The position numbers and the translations under genes were made by a program. A stretch of DNA of 64,000 bases, taken from assembly GCA_047615545.1 (NCBI GenBank), contig JBLHID010000001.1, forward strand, positions 8,586 through 72,585. Direction: 5' to 3'. Shown here in pieces: positions 61,580-64,000 of this stretch. Source of the stretch: Polaribacter sp. (GTDB taxonomy: Bacteria; Pseudomonadota; Gammaproteobacteria; GCA-001735895). The notes under the pieces are model-generated. The model had not been told where the DNA came from. It worked only from the letters and a program-made list of their open reading frames with translations, and made no database searches. Numbering within the stretch: position 1 is the first letter of the stretch; each line of letters starts with the position of its first letter.

Positions 61580-62337
61580 ATTTGCAGGCGATGAAAGTTA
61601 TTTATAAATTCGAAATGCTACGCGCCTGGAAAACACTGACGCAAACGATCGCGTCACCAGTGATCTCAACCTCGCTCTATTTTGTCGTGTTTGGTTCGGC
61701 GATTGGCTCGCGCATTCAAGAGGTAGAAGGCGTGCCATACGCCGTGTTTATCGTGCCTGGCCTGGTGATGCTCTCACTATTAACTCAGAGTATTGCCAAC
61801 GCATCATTTGGTATTTTCTTCCCCAAATTCACAGGCACCATTTATGAAGTGATGTCAGCTCCAATTTCATTTTTTGAGATTGTCGTAGGTTATGTCGGCG
61901 CAGCAGCCACCAAATCGTTGATTCTTGGCATTATCATATTGATAACCGCAAACTTTTTTGTTGATTTGAATATCGCGCATCCAGTATGGATGGTCGCTTT
62001 CCTAATACTCACTTGTGTTTCGTTTAGCTTGTTTGGTTTTATTATTGGCTTGTGGGCGACCAATTTTGAAAAGCTTCAACTGATTCCGATGCTGGTGATA
62101 ACACCACTGGTATTTCTTGGTGGTAGTTTCTATTCAGTCAGCATGTTGCCGCCAGCTTGGCAAACGGTAACGCTATTTAATCCGGTGCTGTATTTGATCA
62201 GTGGGTTTCGTTGGAGCTTTTTCGAAGTGGCCGATGTGAGTGTCGGTATTAGCCTAACTATGGTCATTGGGTTCTTAATATTGTGTTTAGGAATTGTATG
62301 GTGGATGTTTAAAACAGGTTATCGTCTTAAGCAATGA
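61576..62337 (+). CDS. ABC-2 family transporter permease
   Basis: 253 aa with six TM segments. It is translationally coupled to the preceding ATPase. Confidence 0.8.
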   Translation: MNLQAMKVIYKFEMLRAWKTLTQTIASPVISTSLYFVVFGSAIGSRIQEVEGVPYAVFIVPGLVMLSLLTQSIANASFGIFFPKFTGTIYEVMSAPISFFEIVVGYVGAAATKSLILGIIILITANFFVDLNIAHPVWMVAFLILTCVSFSLFGFIIGLWATNFEKLQLIPMLVITPLVFLGGSFYSVSMLPPAWQTVTLFNPVLYLISGFRWSFFEVADVSVGISLTMVIGFLILCLGIVWWMFKTGYRLKQ

Positions 62338-62514
62338 AACTAGTTGAAACAACTTTGTTCATAGGTCTCTCATGAAGTGTAGACTTTCGGGGGGTTGAAA
62401 AAAGCTTGGCCATCCGTGGCCAACAAATACTACAAGGAGGAGAGGGTAAAACAGTGCTAATAATAGTTATCTAAACACTACTATTAGCAGCCCCGAACTA
62501 GGGCTGGGTAAAAA

Positions 62515-62748
62515 TTACTTCTGCCAGAAATACTTATTGGTTTCTCTAGCAACGTCGCCGTAGTTCAGACCAATGTCAGCAAGCATGCGAGCATTCATTT
62601 GTGACAGCTGGAGACGATCGTTTGAGCGTGCTGACCAAACGGAAAGTGTTGAGCTAATTTTGCTTGTGAACGATTGAACGCTTTGTATCAAAGAGTGCAG
62701 GTTCGAACCAAGTTCGATGTGATGAGTTTTTACAGCTGTTGTAGTCAT
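62515..62748 (-). CDS. DUF1127-domain small protein
   Basis: 77 aa with a C-terminal L..LSQMNARMLADIGL..GDV motif typical of DUF1127 (YjiS-like) proteins. A ~370-bp AT-rich untranslated region lies upstream. Confidence 0.6.
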   Translation of the reverse strand: MTTTAVKTHHIELGSNLHSLIQSVQSFTSKISSTLSVWSARSNDRLQLSQMNARMLADIGLNYGDVARETNKYFWQK

Positions 62749-63120
62749 GGCGGTGGTCCTAGATGCTCCCTAGTTAGAGGTGGTTGAGTAATGTTAGGTA
62801 TTATAGGCACCAACTGTCACATAAACAGATACAGATAAATTGAAAAGTGACCGTAACAGTTGACTCTGTCAAGCGATCTGTTTCGAAATACCATGAAACA
62901 ATTCTAAAATTGTAACGAAAAGGAGAGGTTTTATAGCTCTGCTGTTGATTTTCTATGTCAATTAAAACGTTAAGTGATTGATTTTAAGGGTAGTAATTTC
63001 GGCGTAATGACTGATTCAAGTGAATTTTGAGATGGGAGAATATTTCCAAATTAAAACTAGAATTCAACTGAAAATACCCACCGATGTTTTGTGGACTATC
63101 TGATAAAAAACAAAACAGTT

Positions 63121-63473
63121 CTAAATTACAAGTACAGTTGATCCGGTTGTATTGCTGGCTTCTAAATCTTGATGGGCTTTTGCGCAATCGGCAAGCGCAA
63201 AGCTCTGATTGATATGTATAGACACATCACCATTACGCACCACTTCAAACAAACGGTCAGCACCTTCTTCAAATAACGCTCGGGTAGCTATATGGGTGCC
63301 TAGAGTAGGGCGAGTTACATATAATGATCCTTTGGGTGCGAGTATGCCGGGGCTGAATGGATCAACCGCGCCGCTCGCATTGCCATAAGTGGCTAAAACA
63401 CCAAAAGGTTGCAGGCAATCGAGGGACGCTGCAAAGGTCGCATTACCGATCGAGTCGTATGCTGCTGCGCCAC
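63121..63473 (-). pseudogene. 5'-truncated quinone oxidoreductase (Qor/zeta-crystallin) C-terminal fragment
   Basis: The minus-strand translation ..YDSIGNATFAASLDCLQPFGVLATYGNASG..KGSLYVTRPTLGTHIATRA..CAKAHQDLEASNTTGSTVLVI* matches a Qor C-terminus. Homology stops abruptly at ~63473, where IS91-like sequence begins. Confidence 0.65.
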
Positions 63474-63479
63474 ACCACT

Positions 63480-63953
63480 ACCAAACATCCGTTACCAGCT
63501 AAAGACTCCCTACCGTGATGGTACAACCCATGCCATATTCGAACTGTTGGACTTCAAATCAAAACTGGCGTCTCCTGTACCGAAACCGAAGGTCAATCTA
63601 ACCCGGTTTCATGGTGTGTTCGCACCCAACAGCAAACACCGAATTCTAGTCACACCAGCCAGGCGGGGCAAGGGCGGGCAAAAAGTCAGTGCTCAGGACA
63701 AAACGCCAGTTGAGGGCCGCACAGCCATGACCTGGGCACAACGGTTAAAGAGGGGATTCACATTGATGTTGAAGCCTGCACTCACTGTGGGGGTCCCGTA
63801 AAGGTCATCGCCGATACGTCGGAACGCTGTATCGAAAATCAGCAGATCATTGACAAGGTTCCGTCCCATCTTAAGAAAAAGGACGGGTTACCCTCACATC
63901 CTGATGTCCTACCTGAAACCAGAGCCCCTCCGCAAACCAGCTTGCTTGGCTGA
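63480..63953 (+). mobile_element. IS91-family (rolling-circle) transposase C-terminal remnant, frameshifted
   Basis: The sequence ..IRYQLKTPYRDGTTHAIFELLDF..KVNLTRFHGVFAPNSKHRILVTP..MTWAQRLKR continues after a +1 shift near 63760 as HIDVEACTHCGGPVKVIA..ILDxxPSHL..RAPPQ. This is the conserved tail of IS91/ISCR transposases; the N-terminal ~300 aa are missing. Confidence 0.7.
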
Positions 63954-64000
63954 CATCAGAATAGTTTGATAATTCTACTCTCTGGCACCAATAGGCGGCA

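Noticed and set aside
62406-62423. TTGGCCA-tccg-TGGCCAA hairpin about 70 nt after the ABC-2 permease, and a CAGCCC..GGGCTG hairpin at about 62490-62510
   Set aside because: These are 6-7-bp stems without a following U-tract on either strand, which is too weak to call terminators.
1-64000. CRISPR arrays, rRNA genes, prophage or defence-system genes
   Set aside because: I looked for regularly spaced direct repeats and for nuclease, helicase or methyltransferase defence cassettes. Apart from the tolA 15-mers, the intragenic repeats in the kinase and the gapA duplication, none were found.

Overview
This 64-kb window is a gammaproteobacterial chromosomal segment of roughly 45% GC. Most of it is conserved core genes. 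The main units, in order, are: (1) dprA divergent from def-fmt-rsmB, then a DUF4390 protein, an NtrY-like sensor kinase, an NtrX-like regulator, trkA, trkH and ttcA; (2) pip and dtd, then hisBHAFIE and tatABC; (3) a complete glycerol-utilisation locus, glpR-glpD, a two-ATPase/two-permease/DUF2160/solute-binding ABC transporter and glpK, followed by an SDR oxidoreductase, gapA and gpmI; (4) yebC-ruvCAB and tolQRAB-pal-cpoB, ending at tRNA-Lys(UUU). gapA and gpmI are separated by an 8.4-kb insertion bounded by a ~135-bp direct repeat of the gapA 3' end. The insertion carries three minus-strand signalling genes: a REC-GGDEF-EAL regulator, an orphan CheR-type methyltransferase and a 1563-aa hybrid histidine kinase. 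The kinase has four tandem periplasmic helical sensor repeats, a GAF domain and three receiver domains. This cassette is the strongest candidate here for an undescribed signalling system. Downstream of tRNA-Lys the sequence looks accessory and partly decayed. It contains an EamA transporter, a thiolase, a frameshifted and N-truncated HMG-CoA lyase, a HAD hydrolase, and a cytochrome P450 interrupted only by three in-frame TAG codons, with the heme cysteine apparently replaced by Trp. Immediately upstream of the P450 is an intact 701-aa di-heme (2x CXXCH) peroxidase-like protein. Further on are ogt, a hotdog thioesterase, an ABC-2 exporter pair, a DUF1127 protein, and a quinone-oxidoreductase remnant abutting a frameshifted IS91-family transposase C-terminal fragment. 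No rRNA genes, CRISPR arrays or intact mobile elements are present. Coordinates of features I called by hand (tRNA, hairpins, repeats, corrected starts) may be off by 1-2 nt.
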